A stretch of DNA of 64,000 nt from Candidatus Bathyarchaeota archaeon (GTDB lineage Archaea > Thermoproteota > Bathyarchaeia > 40CM-2-53-6), in the NCBI GenBank assembly GCA_963833125.1, contig CAWHWX010000001.1, positions 192,001-256,000 of the forward strand, written 5' to 3'. A program made the position numbers and the translations under genes. This document shows positions 42,703-53,440 of the stretch, piece after piece. Position 1 is the first letter of the stretch, and every line of letters begins with the position of its first letter. The notes beneath the pieces were generated by a model. It did not search any database. It was not told the DNA's origin and worked only from the letters and a program-made list of their open reading frames with translations.

Positions 42703-43995
42703 TTACTGCGAAGTGACCGGCTTGATTTTTACGGCATTCCCCATATACGGTTGCAGTGCATCTGGGATAGCGATCGAACCGTCTTTCTCTTGATAGTTCT
42801 CCATTATGGCGACTAGGGTTCTCTCGGTTGCAGCTAGAGTGCTGTTAAGCGTGTGAACCCACTGGGTTGGTTCGTCAGGCTTATCCCTAAACCTGATTTT
42901 GGATCGGACTGCTTGGTAGGCTGTGCAGTTGCTGCAGGAAATGATCTCCCGGTATTTCCCCTGACCAGGCAACCAAGCCTCCAGATCATACTTCTTTGCT
43001 GCAACGGTTCCGAGCTCCCCCGTGCAAACGTTGACGATTCTGTAGGGAAGTTTCAGCGTTTGAATGAATTTCTCCGCGTTGGCGAGTAGTTTCTCGTGTT
43101 CCTCCCAAGATTGGTCGGGTTTGCAGAATACGAATTGTTCAACCTTCTCGAACTGGTGGACTCGGAAGATACCCTTTGTATCTCGCCCATGCGCACCAGC
43201 CTCCTTCCTGAAACAAGGCGTTACACCAGCGTACCTCAACGGCAGAGCCTTCCCCTCCAGTATCCCGTCCATATGTTGGGCAAGCAACGCATGCTCCGAA
43301 GTGGCTAACAAGTAAAGGTCCTCACCCTCAATTTTGTAGATCACATCCTCAAAGTCTGAGATGGCAACTGCGCCGTTGACTGCTTCTCTTCTTAGAAGGT
43401 ACGGGGGAAGCGTTAGCTCAAATCCTCTCTTCTCAATGAAATCTAAAGCGAAAAGAATTAACGCGTGATTAAGTTTGACCAAGTCTCCTCTTAGGTAGTA
43501 AAATCTAGCGCCAGCAACCTTTGCAGCACTCTCCATGTCGATGAGGCCCAAGTTGGTTGCTAGGTCGATGTGGTCTTTTGGTTGGAAGCCGAATTTTGGA
43601 GGCTCTCCCCACTTTTTCACTTCGAGATTGTCGTTCTCGTCTTTTCCGAAGGGGACGCTTTCATGCATGATGTTGGGTAAACCCATGAGAACTGCCGTAA
43701 CTTTCTTTTCAAGTTCGGCCGTTTGTTGTTCAAGTTCCTTGATTTGTGTCGGGATTTGTTCCGCTTGCTTGACTATGCTAGAGGTGTCTTGCCCCTTTCT
43801 TCGAAGTTGGGCGATTTCTTCAGTAAGTTTGTTTCTCTTTGCTCGAAGATTATTCGCTTCGCTCTGAACGCTTCTCCATTTCTTATCGTCCTCGAGTAAC
43901 CGGTCCACCCATGGAATTTTATCAACCTCGCCACGCCGTTTGAGGTTATCTTTGACCAAATCAGCGTTATCGCGAACAAATCTCATATCCAGCAT
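42703..43995 (-). CDS. serS: Serine--tRNA ligase
   Basis: MLDMRFVR, ATSEH, FRKEAGAHGRDTKGIFRVHQFEKVEQF, EIISCSNC. Confidence 0.98.
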   Translation of the reverse strand: MLDMRFVRDNADLVKDNLKRRGEVDKIPWVDRLLEDDKKWRSVQSEANNLRAKRNKLTEEIAQLRRKGQDTSSIVKQAEQIPTQIKELEQQTAELEKKVTAVLMGLPNIMHESVPFGKDENDNLEVKKWGEPPKFGFQPKDHIDLATNLGLIDMESAAKVAGARFYYLRGDLVKLNHALILFALDFIEKRGFELTLPPYLLRREAVNGAVAISDFEDVIYKIEGEDLYLLATSEHALLAQHMDGILEGKALPLRYAGVTPCFRKEAGAHGRDTKGIFRVHQFEKVEQFVFCKPDQSWEEHEKLLANAEKFIQTLKLPYRIVNVCTGELGTVAAKKYDLEAWLPGQGKYREIISCSNCTAYQAVRSKIRFRDKPDEPTQWVHTLNSTLAATERTLVAIMENYQEKDGSIAIPDALQPYMGNAVKIKPVTSQ

Positions 43996-44183
43996 ACTTT
44001 TTCACCCACGGTTGGTTCCTATCGCCCTCAACCATGCTAACTGTGATGTAACGTCATTCTTGAAAGGTTGTCCTTGCGTTTTACTCTTGCGAACCGATTC
44101 TGTAGCCTGGAAGCTGCCATCAAAACGGTTAATTCGCTAACGCCATTTCGTTTGGCTAAGTAGAGAATACCGGATGAATTTCT

Positions 44184-44495
44184 TTGTTCAAATTGATTGT
44201 ACTGTTAAAGAAGAAAACTGGTTTCACAGATGCGCAATTTGCCATCTATTGGCTGGAGACTCACGCAATCTTAGCCAAGAAAATGCCGGGCTTGAGAAAG
44301 TATGTGGTGAACGTAGTTAAGCCGCCTCCCAACAGGGAAGCCGACTACAGCGGTGTTGTTGAACTATGGTTCGATAACGTAGACGATATGAAGAAAGCGT
44401 TCCGTTCAGCCGAGGGCCAAGCAACTGAGAAAGATACAGAAGCATTCACCGCAAGCCGAACGATCATGTACGTCGACGAGCATTCAATCATGTAA
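44184..44495 (+). CDS. EthD family protein
   Basis: YWLETHAILAKKMPGLRKY...GVVELWFD. Confidence 0.88.
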   Translation: MFKLIVLLKKKTGFTDAQFAIYWLETHAILAKKMPGLRKYVVNVVKPPPNREADYSGVVELWFDNVDDMKKAFRSAEGQATEKDTEAFTASRTIMYVDEHSIM

Positions 44496-44505
44496 GACGC
44501 AAGAA

Positions 44506-45690
44506 TCAGTTTGATTGAATCGCGTTTTGGTCTTTGAGTCCATGTCCAGTTATTACACACACAATGCGCTCACGGGATTTAATCAGCCCTAACCTGAATG
44601 CCTTTGCCAACCCCTCGACTGATGCTGCGCTGGCTGGTTCCGCGAAGATGCCTTCGTGATTGGCTAAGAGCCGTTGGGCTCGAATTATTTCGCTATCCGA
44701 AACGGTTAGCATTGCTCCTCCAGACTCCTGCACAGCTCTGAGCGCCTTCTTCCAGCTCGCCGGAGCGCCGATTCGGATTGCACTTGCTGAAGTCTCGGGA
44801 TGTTTCCATGGAATTACGGTGCTATCTCCTCTTGCGTATGCGGTTGCTATGGGGGCTGCGCCTGAGGCTTGGATTCCAAGCATTCTTGGCGTTCGGTTGG
44901 TTAGTCTAAGCTTGCGTAGTTCCGAGAATCCTTTCCAGATGGCGCTAATGTTGCCTGCATTTCCTACAGGGACAATGACCGCGTCCGGGACCTGATAGTG
45001 GAGTTGTTCCCAGATTTCGAATGCTAGTGTCTTCTGGCCTTCAATACGGTATGGATTCAGAGAATTCACGAGGTAGAGTTTGCCTCTCTGAGCCATCTCT
45101 CTAGCATTTTCGAGAGCTCGATCGAAATTCCCGCTTACCTGATCAATTCTCGCCCCATGAATCATGGCTTGAAGAAGCTTCCCCTTAGCGATCTTCCCCT
45201 TTGGAATCAACACGATGGCCCTCAGCCCCGCTCGCGCCGCGTAGGCCGCCATCGAAGCGGAGGTGTTCCCTGTCGACGCACAAACGACAGTTCTCGCTCC
45301 TAGCTCAACCGCTCTCGTAATTGCTACGGTCATACCCCTGTCTTTGAAAGAGCCTGTTGGGTTTTGTCCTTCGTTCTTGAAGTAGACGTCATCAAGGCCG
45401 AAATCTTCTGCTAGACGAACTGAGCGAGGTAGACCTGTTCCACCCTCCCCAAGGCTCACTGCGTTACGGCTTGAGACCGGAAGAATGTTCTTGTAACGCC
45501 AGACCGAAAGCGGCCCAGCCTTCCTAACTGAAGGTGTGAACCTACGCCTCAATGATTGGTAATCGTAACCGACCTGCAGTAGGTCGCCACATTTTGGACA
45601 AGTGTAGATTTGAGTTGGTTTGAATCGACTTGAACAGTTGATGCATTCGAGGTAATGGTAGGGACCTTGTTGCATTGTTTTCATCGACAT
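44506..45690 (-). CDS. thrC: Threonine synthase
   Basis: NPTGSFKDRG, CASTGNTS, PVGNAGN, ITGHGLKD. Confidence 0.95.
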   Translation of the reverse strand: MSMKTMQQGPYHYLECINCSSRFKPTQIYTCPKCGDLLQVGYDYQSLRRRFTPSVRKAGPLSVWRYKNILPVSSRNAVSLGEGGTGLPRSVRLAEDFGLDDVYFKNEGQNPTGSFKDRGMTVAITRAVELGARTVVCASTGNTSASMAAYAARAGLRAIVLIPKGKIAKGKLLQAMIHGARIDQVSGNFDRALENAREMAQRGKLYLVNSLNPYRIEGQKTLAFEIWEQLHYQVPDAVIVPVGNAGNISAIWKGFSELRKLRLTNRTPRMLGIQASGAAPIATAYARGDSTVIPWKHPETSASAIRIGAPASWKKALRAVQESGGAMLTVSDSEIIRAQRLLANHEGIFAEPASAASVEGLAKAFRLGLIKSRERIVCVITGHGLKDQNAIQSN

Positions 45691-45699
45691 GCGAGGGTT

Positions 45700-46704
45700 C
45701 TAGATAACTGTGGCACCTTTGGCGGAGGGTCTCGTGAGAAATACTTGCCGAACTTCATATCCGAGGGATTTTAGGTTGTCCGATACTAAGTCGATGGCAG
45801 GCTGAATAATTCCAACGTTATTTTTCCGCCGATGCTTATGCTCTTCAGAGGTGCTATACCATAGCGCACGAGATGGGCCTGCTCCGCTTATGGTTTCCGC
45901 GACGTGGAATTTGTCGAATAACGTCTTCTTTTCGTCTAGCAAGAACCGCGAATTTACTCCTTCGCCATAGGTGCCACCGTCCGCCCGCGTTGGTTCAACG
46001 ATCGCGTCCCACGGAACAGTTTCTATGATAGCCTTCACATCACCCAACGCGAACGCCGCTGAGACCCTCGCCACATAACCCATCGATTGAATGTGTGCCG
46101 AGGTTCGGATAGTGGAAGGTAGTAGTTGGCGAGTGGCCTCTGTCGACCTCTTCTCTATATTCGGTATCAAGAGCGCCATCCCCAGATCTCGGGGCGGTCG
46201 GATCGTTGTAATCTTCTGCTCTACGCTTAGAGGAGTTTTGACAACGATATTAAATCCGCCCAGCGCTGAAGCGGAGACATTATCCATGTGATGTGATGGT
46301 TCCGCATTTCCAGCCATCTGAACGAGAGACTCTCCTCTCAGACCCAGTTTGAACATTCGGTCCGCGCAGAGAACCGCGCCGACGGCTTCAGCCCCAGACA
46401 ATCCTAACCCTTTCCTCGGTGGGATATTGGCCGTCATTCGCAGAACATATCCGTCTGGTTTGCCAAACTTTTTTGAGACTGCGGAGAGGGCTTTGCCTGC
46501 CGCATTCAGGTTGGGATCCGTGCTTACCTCCGCGGCGTAAGCTCCTTCAACCCGTATATTCCTTATTCCCGATTCGGCCTCTCGGAGTTCTATTTCGATC
46601 CGTGGCAACTCTAAAGCAATTGAAAGCACGTCAAACCCTGCGCCGAGGTTCGCGCTAGACGCTGGGACTCGCGCCCTGACGGCCGGTTTTCTAGTTCCTG
46701 GCAA
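45700..46704 (-). CDS. thrB: Homoserine kinase
   Basis: PASSANLGAGFD, IPPRKGLGLSGA, HMDNV, ISGAGPS. Confidence 0.92.
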   Translation of the reverse strand: MPGTRKPAVRARVPASSANLGAGFDVLSIALELPRIEIELREAESGIRNIRVEGAYAAEVSTDPNLNAAGKALSAVSKKFGKPDGYVLRMTANIPPRKGLGLSGAEAVGAVLCADRMFKLGLRGESLVQMAGNAEPSHHMDNVSASALGGFNIVVKTPLSVEQKITTIRPPRDLGMALLIPNIEKRSTEATRQLLPSTIRTSAHIQSMGYVARVSAAFALGDVKAIIETVPWDAIVEPTRADGGTYGEGVNSRFLLDEKKTLFDKFHVAETISGAGPSRALWYSTSEEHKHRRKNNVGIIQPAIDLVSDNLKSLGYEVRQVFLTRPSAKGATVI

Positions 46705-46777
46705 GTTTTTCGAGTTCTCCAGCGAACCTATGTCCCAGAAAGAACCTATAGCCGACTAATAGAGGCCTACGGCAATT

Positions 46778-47960
46778 CTGGAGGCGTCTGTCATACCGCG
46801 AAAGAGAACCTCTCAGAGAGTAGCGTTAATTTCACCTGAACCATTCACGCTGGCGCTCAGGCTGCCGAAGGGTGCAATTCGGCTCAGCGTTGGCGAACCA
46901 GACTTCCAAACTCCTGATTTCGTGAGAGAGGCAGGGAAGCGAGCAATCGACGAAGGGTTCACTCATTATAGTCCCGCAACAGGGTTTGACGAACTGCGGG
47001 AGGCAGTTGCAGAAAAACTTCGGCGCGATAATGGAATCTCATGCGACTATGAAAATGAGATTTTGATTACCCCCGGTTCGTCTTCAGGGATTTTCTTGGC
47101 AATGTTGGCTCTACTTGACCCTGGAGATGAAGTGTTAGTCCCTGACCCCGCCTGGTTCCACTACATGCGGCTCGTTGAACTTTGCGGAGCGAAACCGATC
47201 GGAGTTCCCCTAAGTCTAGACAAGAGACTATCACTGGATGCACATGAAACGGAGAAACGCGTTACCAAGAAAACTAAGCTTCTCATCCTGAACAGTCCGA
47301 ATAATCCCACTGGGATGGTTCTCTCGAGGGACAACCTCCAAGCTCTCGGGGAAGTCGCCGAAAAACATGACTTGATGGTGATTTCGGATGAGGTCTACGA
47401 GAAAATAATCTACTCGGGCCACGAACACGTGAGTCCAGCTTCCTTGGCTGCGTTCAAAGGACGCACGATTACGAGCAACGGGTTTTCAAAAGCTTACGCG
47501 ATGACGGGTTGGCGGGTAGGATACTTGGCTGGTCCATCTGAAATTGTGGAGAAGGTAGTCGCATTGAACGGATACATTTCGGTCTGCGCAAGCTCCGTCT
47601 CGCAAAGAGCCGCCTACACCGCACTAACCGATCACAGAATGGATCGAGCGATCGAGCAAATGCTCGAAAGTTTCAGTGCGAGAAGGAATCTGGTCTTAGA
47701 ATCGCTTTCTGAGGATCCCCTCACTTCGGGTCTTGCCGCCCGAGGGAACGTTCTACACTTGGATCGATGTAACCCGGAAAGGCTTGTCAAGTGAGGAATT
47801 TGTGCACCAATTAATGGAACGTGAGCACGTCGGAGTGCTACCAGGACCACTGTTTGGTAACCGTGGGGAAGGATTCGTAAGAATCTCCTTCGCGACAGAT
47901 GATGAACATTTGAAGCAGGGGATGGAACGGTTGAGAAGGTTCGCACAGGCGAAAGAATGA
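46778..47960 (+). CDS. Aspartate-type aminotransferase class I/II, frameshifted near 47715; start approximate
   Basis: GEPDFQTP, NSPNNPTG, SDEVYE, GFSKAYAMTGWRVG, FVRISFA. Confidence 0.9.
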
Positions 47961-48010
47961 TGAAAGAATCGAAGCGGTGTCCTTGGATGGAAAAACTGCC
48001 AAGCCTGTAG

Positions 48011-49381
48011 TTAGATGGATGTTAGGTAGTTTTGGACTTCCCATGGCGTAACTTGTTCGCGGTAGTCGCGCCACTCTGATTCTCTTACCTTAATGTGTTC
48101 TCGGAACGCTACCTCGCCAAGGGTTTCTTTGATGAATGGGTCTTTCTTGGCTTCGGCTATCGCCTCACCTACCGTTCTTGGCAACCATGAAATTCCCCGT
48201 CGCTCAAGTTCTTGGTCACTAAGCCGTGCTGGGTCTTCCTTCAGCGGTTCGCCGGGATCAATTTTGCTCTTCATCCCATCGAGACCTGCAGCTAGGAAGG
48301 TTCCCACCGCTAAGTATGGGTTGCAGGAAGGGTCCGGCACACGGTATTCGACCCGTTGGCCTGAACCGTCGGAGTGTGGAGAGGTTGATGGAATTCTGAT
48401 GGCCGCACCTCTATGGTCGTAGCCATAACAGACGTGAGCGGGTGCCCAGCTTCCGGGCAAAAGACGCTTGTACGAGTTTGATAAGGGCGCTCCGAAAATG
48501 CTCATGCCATTCATATGCTTCAACGCTCCCCCGATGAATGCATAACCCAGTTGACTCATCTTGCAACCTCTCTTGTCATTTGCGTCATGGAAGACGTTGC
48601 GTTTCGTTTTCGAGTCGAACAGACTCAAGTGAATGTGGCAACCGCTGCCCGGAAGCCCCGCGAAAGGCTTTGGCATGAAAGACACGAACAATCCACGCTT
48701 TGCAGCGACAGCCTTCGTAACGTCTTTAACTGCTACAAAATCATCAGCAGCCGCCAAAGCATCAGTGTACCTGAAGCTTGGCTCTATTTGCGCGTGCCCG
48801 TACTCTTTCTTCAACCTCTCGAGATGAACTCCCATCGACGAGAGGTTGGACACAACTTCCTGAATGTAGTCGTTGTAAAGGTCGTAGCCGTAACTTGTAG
48901 CGAATTTTGTATTAACGAAGGGCGTTACGTTCTCTCCTTCGCCGCGCAGGACGTAGAACTCAGTCTCACAAGAGACCATGGGAGAGTACCCCATCTCCTG
49001 AGCTTTCCCAATCATCCTCCGCAGGAAGTACCTCGCATCAGTGGCATGCGGCTTCAAATCCAAGTCCCAAAGCTCGCTCATCATTCGTGCACTTCCCGGC
49101 GCGTACGGGAGGGATGAGAAGGTGGTTGGGTCAGGCATTATCTTGAGTTCCGGGGCTTCGGAACCCCAAGAGCCCTCGTAGGCTACCTTATCGAAAACAT
49201 TGAAGCATTGAAGCGCCATGGGAATACCAATTCCATCCCTCATGTGCTCGGCCAAAAAATCCGCATGCGAAACCATTGCACGCGGAATCAGATCATTTCC
49301 AAGCCACTGGAATTTTATCAGATTAATTTTCTCTTCTTTTACCCTCTTCAGAACATTGTCTAACGCCGATTGACTAGCCAT
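48011..49381 (-). CDS. Glutamine synthetase family (GlnA-like/gamma-glutamyl ligase)
   Basis: ETEFY, FMPKP, GSGCHIHLS, NSYKRL, RVEYRVPD..NPYL. Confidence 0.92.
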   Translation of the reverse strand: MASQSALDNVLKRVKEEKINLIKFQWLGNDLIPRAMVSHADFLAEHMRDGIGIPMALQCFNVFDKVAYEGSWGSEAPELKIMPDPTTFSSLPYAPGSARMMSELWDLDLKPHATDARYFLRRMIGKAQEMGYSPMVSCETEFYVLRGEGENVTPFVNTKFATSYGYDLYNDYIQEVVSNLSSMGVHLERLKKEYGHAQIEPSFRYTDALAAADDFVAVKDVTKAVAAKRGLFVSFMPKPFAGLPGSGCHIHLSLFDSKTKRNVFHDANDKRGCKMSQLGYAFIGGALKHMNGMSIFGAPLSNSYKRLLPGSWAPAHVCYGYDHRGAAIRIPSTSPHSDGSGQRVEYRVPDPSCNPYLAVGTFLAAGLDGMKSKIDPGEPLKEDPARLSDQELERRGISWLPRTVGEAIAEAKKDPFIKETLGEVAFREHIKVRESEWRDYREQVTPWEVQNYLTSI

Positions 49382-49592
49382 ATCCTAAGCAGGTGGGGTC
49401 TGTTTTGTTAAGCCTTTCCCCGAGCCTCGTCCAACATACGTGTCAACTCTTGCCTCGATCAATCAAAATAGTTACCGACAAGTGCATCGAGTAAGTTCGT
49501 CCTTGGTAAAAGCGATGTGATTCGGCGTTCGGGAAACTATTTGAGTCTTCAGGCTCAAGTAATTGACTATACCTGGAATTACTTGAGGGTGG

Positions 49593-50225
49593 TTGTCGTT
49601 GCCCAAGACTAGACGTGATGATAAAAAGATTCGAGTACGAGAGCGACCTAAATCGATCCGTGAACAAAAACACCTAGGCAATCATAGGCCTTTGGTTGCC
49701 GTACTCTTACTAATTGTCGTTGCAGTTCCTGTAGTTGTCGCTTGGTATGGATGGACTTACGCTGCGGTAGTAGATTTTACGTTCGGGGGAACCTCTGACA
49801 TTCGTGGTTCTTATCAACTCTTTGCGATGTCTCCGGACCACCCGTCAACGATTGACATCACTCACATATTCGTAAGGAATACCGGCAACACGGACATCAC
49901 AGTTATCGTCACTCTTCAAGCCCTAAATGCAGTCGTCGCTCCAGCTCCGGGCTACTATTATGGGCCCTACACTGACACCGCCAATGTGCAAATTCACCTG
50001 CCGGTCTCAAGCCGGTATGAGATTGCCACATTCTATCTTACGTTACCCGTTCAAGTCCCCACATTCACAATTCGTGCCAGCGTGGCTAGAGTAATAGACT
50101 CCTCCAGCTTCACTTCCTTAGTCACTTCAAGCTTTGCAACTATTGAGCCAACCTTGCCCACCACGCTAGTCTACACGAATACAATCACGAATCCACAGAA
50201 CTATGAGCTCAGCGAACAATATTGA
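49593..50225 (+). CDS. Membrane-anchored hypothetical protein
   Basis: Basic N-terminus, one TM helix, beta-rich ectodomain. Confidence 0.65.
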   Translation: MSLPKTRRDDKKIRVRERPKSIREQKHLGNHRPLVAVLLLIVVAVPVVVAWYGWTYAAVVDFTFGGTSDIRGSYQLFAMSPDHPSTIDITHIFVRNTGNTDITVIVTLQALNAVVAPAPGYYYGPYTDTANVQIHLPVSSRYEIATFYLTLPVQVPTFTIRASVARVIDSSSFTSLVTSSFATIEPTLPTTLVYTNTITNPQNYELSEQY

Positions 50226-50339
50226 AATGCGCTCAAAATTCTTGATGAAGCATGTTGCCAAATGATTAGGCGGTCGCGGACGAGCCACACTGGAAATGGC
50301 TGAAGAGTCAGACGGATGCGGTCTGCCGTTCGGATGAGG

Positions 50340-50852
50340 CTAACAGTAGCAGACTATCACGCCGAAAGACGTTGAATGAGTCTGTCCAAACTGATCGACT
50401 CCGGTTACTGTGATTTGTGCAACTTGATTATTGCTGACTGAGACTGTTGAGAACGTGTAGATGATGAGATTACTTGCACCCTGGTAGAGCGGAGGCATAA
50501 GAACTTGCGGCCTGTCGAGTGAACAGAAAGCCCCCGCGGGGCAGCCTGAAATGTACAACGTTACGACCTGAAGAACAGTCGAGTCACATCTGATGGTTGC
50601 TGTCGAGTTAGGACAGTAGGGATCCACCCATACAACTAATCCGCCCGTTTGACCCTGCTGAATCTTGACGAGTGTTGTGCTCGCCGTTATGGTGAAATCG
50701 AAATTATTTACAGGGAATGTCGGAGGAAATGGGTATGGTGGCGATTGTGTTGCGTTGACGAATACGCCACTGACTACTAACGTTAAAGTCAAGGCAAGAA
50801 GGGTTACAGCCACAGCCTTTCCGAAATCGCGACGCAACTGCATACCAATCAT
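50340..50852 (-). CDS. Secreted hypothetical protein (Cys-containing beta-sandwich)
   Basis: Signal peptide; FDFTITAS...ITVTG. Confidence 0.65.
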   Translation of the reverse strand: MIGMQLRRDFGKAVAVTLLALTLTLVVSGVFVNATQSPPYPFPPTFPVNNFDFTITASTTLVKIQQGQTGGLVVWVDPYCPNSTATIRCDSTVLQVVTLYISGCPAGAFCSLDRPQVLMPPLYQGASNLIIYTFSTVSVSNNQVAQITVTGVDQFGQTHSTSFGVIVCYC

Positions 50853-51110
50853 TAAGTTAATCTCACGAAGTGAAGTAAAAACATTAGTGATGTTGATGAC
50901 AAGAATCGTATGGTTCTGCGCGAGATAAGTCCATGAAATACCAGGCTTTAGGCCCTTGGGGGCGAAACTGGATTTTGATCTCCTTATGGTCCCACTTTCC
51001 GAACGAAAGCAACGCCAATCACCAATACCATATGGCCGTGAACCAGCACGCCCGCAAAATTGACGAAAACGAAGTGGGAAACGTAAATAGACCGTGCATC
51101 AACTGGCTCT

Positions 51111-51692
51111 TTGTGTAGACGAACAATGCAAGCGTCTCACCGCGCATTTCTGATACCTATCATATTGTTCTTCGCGGTACTCGCACCCGGCTTTGCACAA
51201 TCAACTCCACAACTATCTATGACTTTGATCGGCCAAGAAGCTGGACATTACGTCGCTCCCGCAGGACAGGCGACAGAGTTGAAGATGGAAATTCTCAACG
51301 TCGAACCATCTGACGTCTACCTATCTGAGGGGAATGTCTACTTGGACCCTGGTTTGAACGGCAGTTGGGAGCTAATCCATTCTGAAGGCATGGGTAATTT
51401 CCACCTCGGTTACCTACAATCAGCTATATGGACATTCGACCTAGCGATGCCGGCAACGATTCAGGCCGCAAACGTGACAAACGGCACACCGCAAGTTTCC
51501 CTCCTGATCAAAGTCGACTATACGACCGCAACCGGCCTCCAACAGGAGGAACAGAACGAATTCCCACTAGGCGTTCCAGGCGCGTCTGTACAGCAACAAA
51601 ACAATTTGATTCGGTTCGCGGTTGTGGGGGTCGTTGCCTTGGCCTGTATAGGCGCCGTTGCCTACATGTCGAAGAGACGTAGGCCACGCTAA
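51111..51692 (+). CDS. Secreted protein with C-terminal TM anchor
   Basis: Signal peptide ...PGFA-Q; C-terminal TM followed by KRRRPR. Confidence 0.7.
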   Translation: MCRRTMQASHRAFLIPIILFFAVLAPGFAQSTPQLSMTLIGQEAGHYVAPAGQATELKMEILNVEPSDVYLSEGNVYLDPGLNGSWELIHSEGMGNFHLGYLQSAIWTFDLAMPATIQAANVTNGTPQVSLLIKVDYTTATGLQQEEQNEFPLGVPGASVQQQNNLIRFAVVGVVALACIGAVAYMSKRRRPR

Positions 51693-51745
51693 TTGCGCGG
51701 CCATCTTTATAGCCCAAGATTCACAATTAGTCTCAGGGAGAGAGC

Positions 51746-52087
51746 ATGAAGAGAATTAGCTGGTCACTGTTCACGTTTGGAGTCCTCGCTCTATTTGTCG
51801 TGTCACAAGGAGTTCCGTTCGCGAATGCCCAATCTAGGATTCTTTACGGAACCGTGTACAGCGCAAGCACTGGCAAACCACTCGGCGCGACAGTAACGTT
51901 GAGCCGATGCTTTAACTCGCAGGCGACTTCGACTGGGTCGGATGGAACTTGGGAACTTTCATTCCCCGCTGGGGCTCTCGGCACAATCACTTTTTCCGCT
52001 CCTGGGTATGTGAGCCAAAGTTTCCAGATCAACATGAACTTTCAATGGTATGACGCCGGGGGCATCATTTCTCTACAACCAGCCTAA
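51746..52087 (+). CDS. Secreted carboxypeptidase-regulatory-like domain protein
   Basis: GTVYSASTGKPLGATVTL...TGSDGTW...FSAPGY. Confidence 0.75.
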   Translation: MKRISWSLFTFGVLALFVVSQGVPFANAQSRILYGTVYSASTGKPLGATVTLSRCFNSQATSTGSDGTWELSFPAGALGTITFSAPGYVSQSFQINMNFQWYDAGGIISLQPA

Positions 52088-52123
52088 CAATAAGCCCTCC
52101 ACGTTTAGGATACACTTCGGTCG

Positions 52124-52504
52124 TTGGTGTCCAAGATGAGGATGAGTTTCAACGTGTTTGCTCTAGTACTACTCGTGAGCTCTACTCTTGCGTCAACCGT
52201 TATTGCGCAAGGGGTAACGATTGGGTACACGATTCATGTTGACTTCTTTGCATACTCCTGTAGCCTAGAAATAACGAAAGTTTCGCTTTTCGACCCCTTA
52301 GGCGATCTCCTTGGCGTGGCGACGAGCCCATATGGTGGAGAAGTTACGATTTCAATTAGAACGCAGACACCCATTTCTACCCTCACGGCAACAGCATACG
52401 GCCAAGCTACGTGGGGCTCTTACTATAGTTGGCTGGTGAGCGGGAGTGGCACCGTGAACCTAGGATCCACTGGAGATTATTGGGTCACTATCAGAATGAA
52501 CTGA
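52124..52504 (+). CDS. Secreted hypothetical protein
   Basis: Signal peptide ...TVIA-Q, beta-rich. Confidence 0.65.
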   Translation: MVSKMRMSFNVFALVLLVSSTLASTVIAQGVTIGYTIHVDFFAYSCSLEITKVSLFDPLGDLLGVATSPYGGEVTISIRTQTPISTLTATAYGQATWGSYYSWLVSGSGTVNLGSTGDYWVTIRMN

Positions 52505-52508
52505 TCGG

Positions 52509-53440
52509 CTATTTGATCTGTCGTTCTGCTCGTTTCTGAACCAGGTCAGCTAGGGCTGCGACGAAGGTTGGGTTTGAATTCAGAGAAGCAGTTCGCTTCA
52601 AGTTAAGGCCATTACTTCGAGCAAAGTCCTGAGCTTCCACATCAATATCATAAAGTATCTCAAGATGGTCCGCTACGAAACCGATGGGCACCACAAGAAC
52701 ATCAGTAAGGCTTCTGCGATCTTTGAGTTCACGCAAGAAGTCTATGAGATCTGGGCCCAACCATTTTTCATTGGTCTGTCCTGCGCTTTGGTATGCGAAT
52801 AACCATTGCTCGCGCCCTAGAAGTTTAACAACTGACTCGCAGGAGCTTTGAAGTTGAGTTGGATACGGATCCTTTGTCTGAAGGATCCGTTCGGGTAAAC
52901 TGTGAGCGGTGAAGAGCAATTCGACCTTTGAAGGCGCTGAAAATTGATTTAGAGCGGCCTGAATTTTCTCTTGGATTGCCTTGTGGAATAGCGGGTGACC
53001 GTACCAGCTCTCAATAAAATCCACATCCAAATGGCCAGAGTTAGCGACTGCCTGTTCTAACGCCTGCTTGTATCCTCCGATGCTCATTTGCGAATAATGA
53101 GGAGCCAGGACGAGTGCGATTATTCTCTCGAAACCGTCGTTAATAATTTGAGGGACGACTTCCCGAATGTACGGATGCCAATGCTTCATCCCCGTGTAAA
53201 CCTGAGTCTCCAAACCCTCCGAGTTCAGTTTCTGTTTGAGAGCCGATGCCTGCGCATTGGTTATGTCGAGTAACGGCGATCGTCCGCCTATCAGCGGTAT
53301 CGGTTCTTCAAATCTTCAACAGCGTCAGGTGTAGGTTTGTGGCCTCTTCTAATGTCGGTGAGGTAAGGCTCGATATCTTCCATTGAACTTGGTGTACCGT
53401 ACGCCATCAGAAGGACTGCTAACCCACCCGTAATGCTCAC
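52509..53440 (-). CDS. hemH: Ferrochelatase, coproporphyrin (CpfC/Bacillus HemH) type; frameshift near 53295
   Basis: LLMAYGTP...DIEPYLTDIRRG, GMKHWHPYI, TAHSLP, YQSAG..WLGPD, FVADHLEILYDID. Confidence 0.93.

Noticed and set aside
48093-49117. Long antisense ORFs opposite the GlnA-family gene (and similar shadows elsewhere)
   Set aside because: They fully overlap a well-supported gene on the other strand and carry no motifs.
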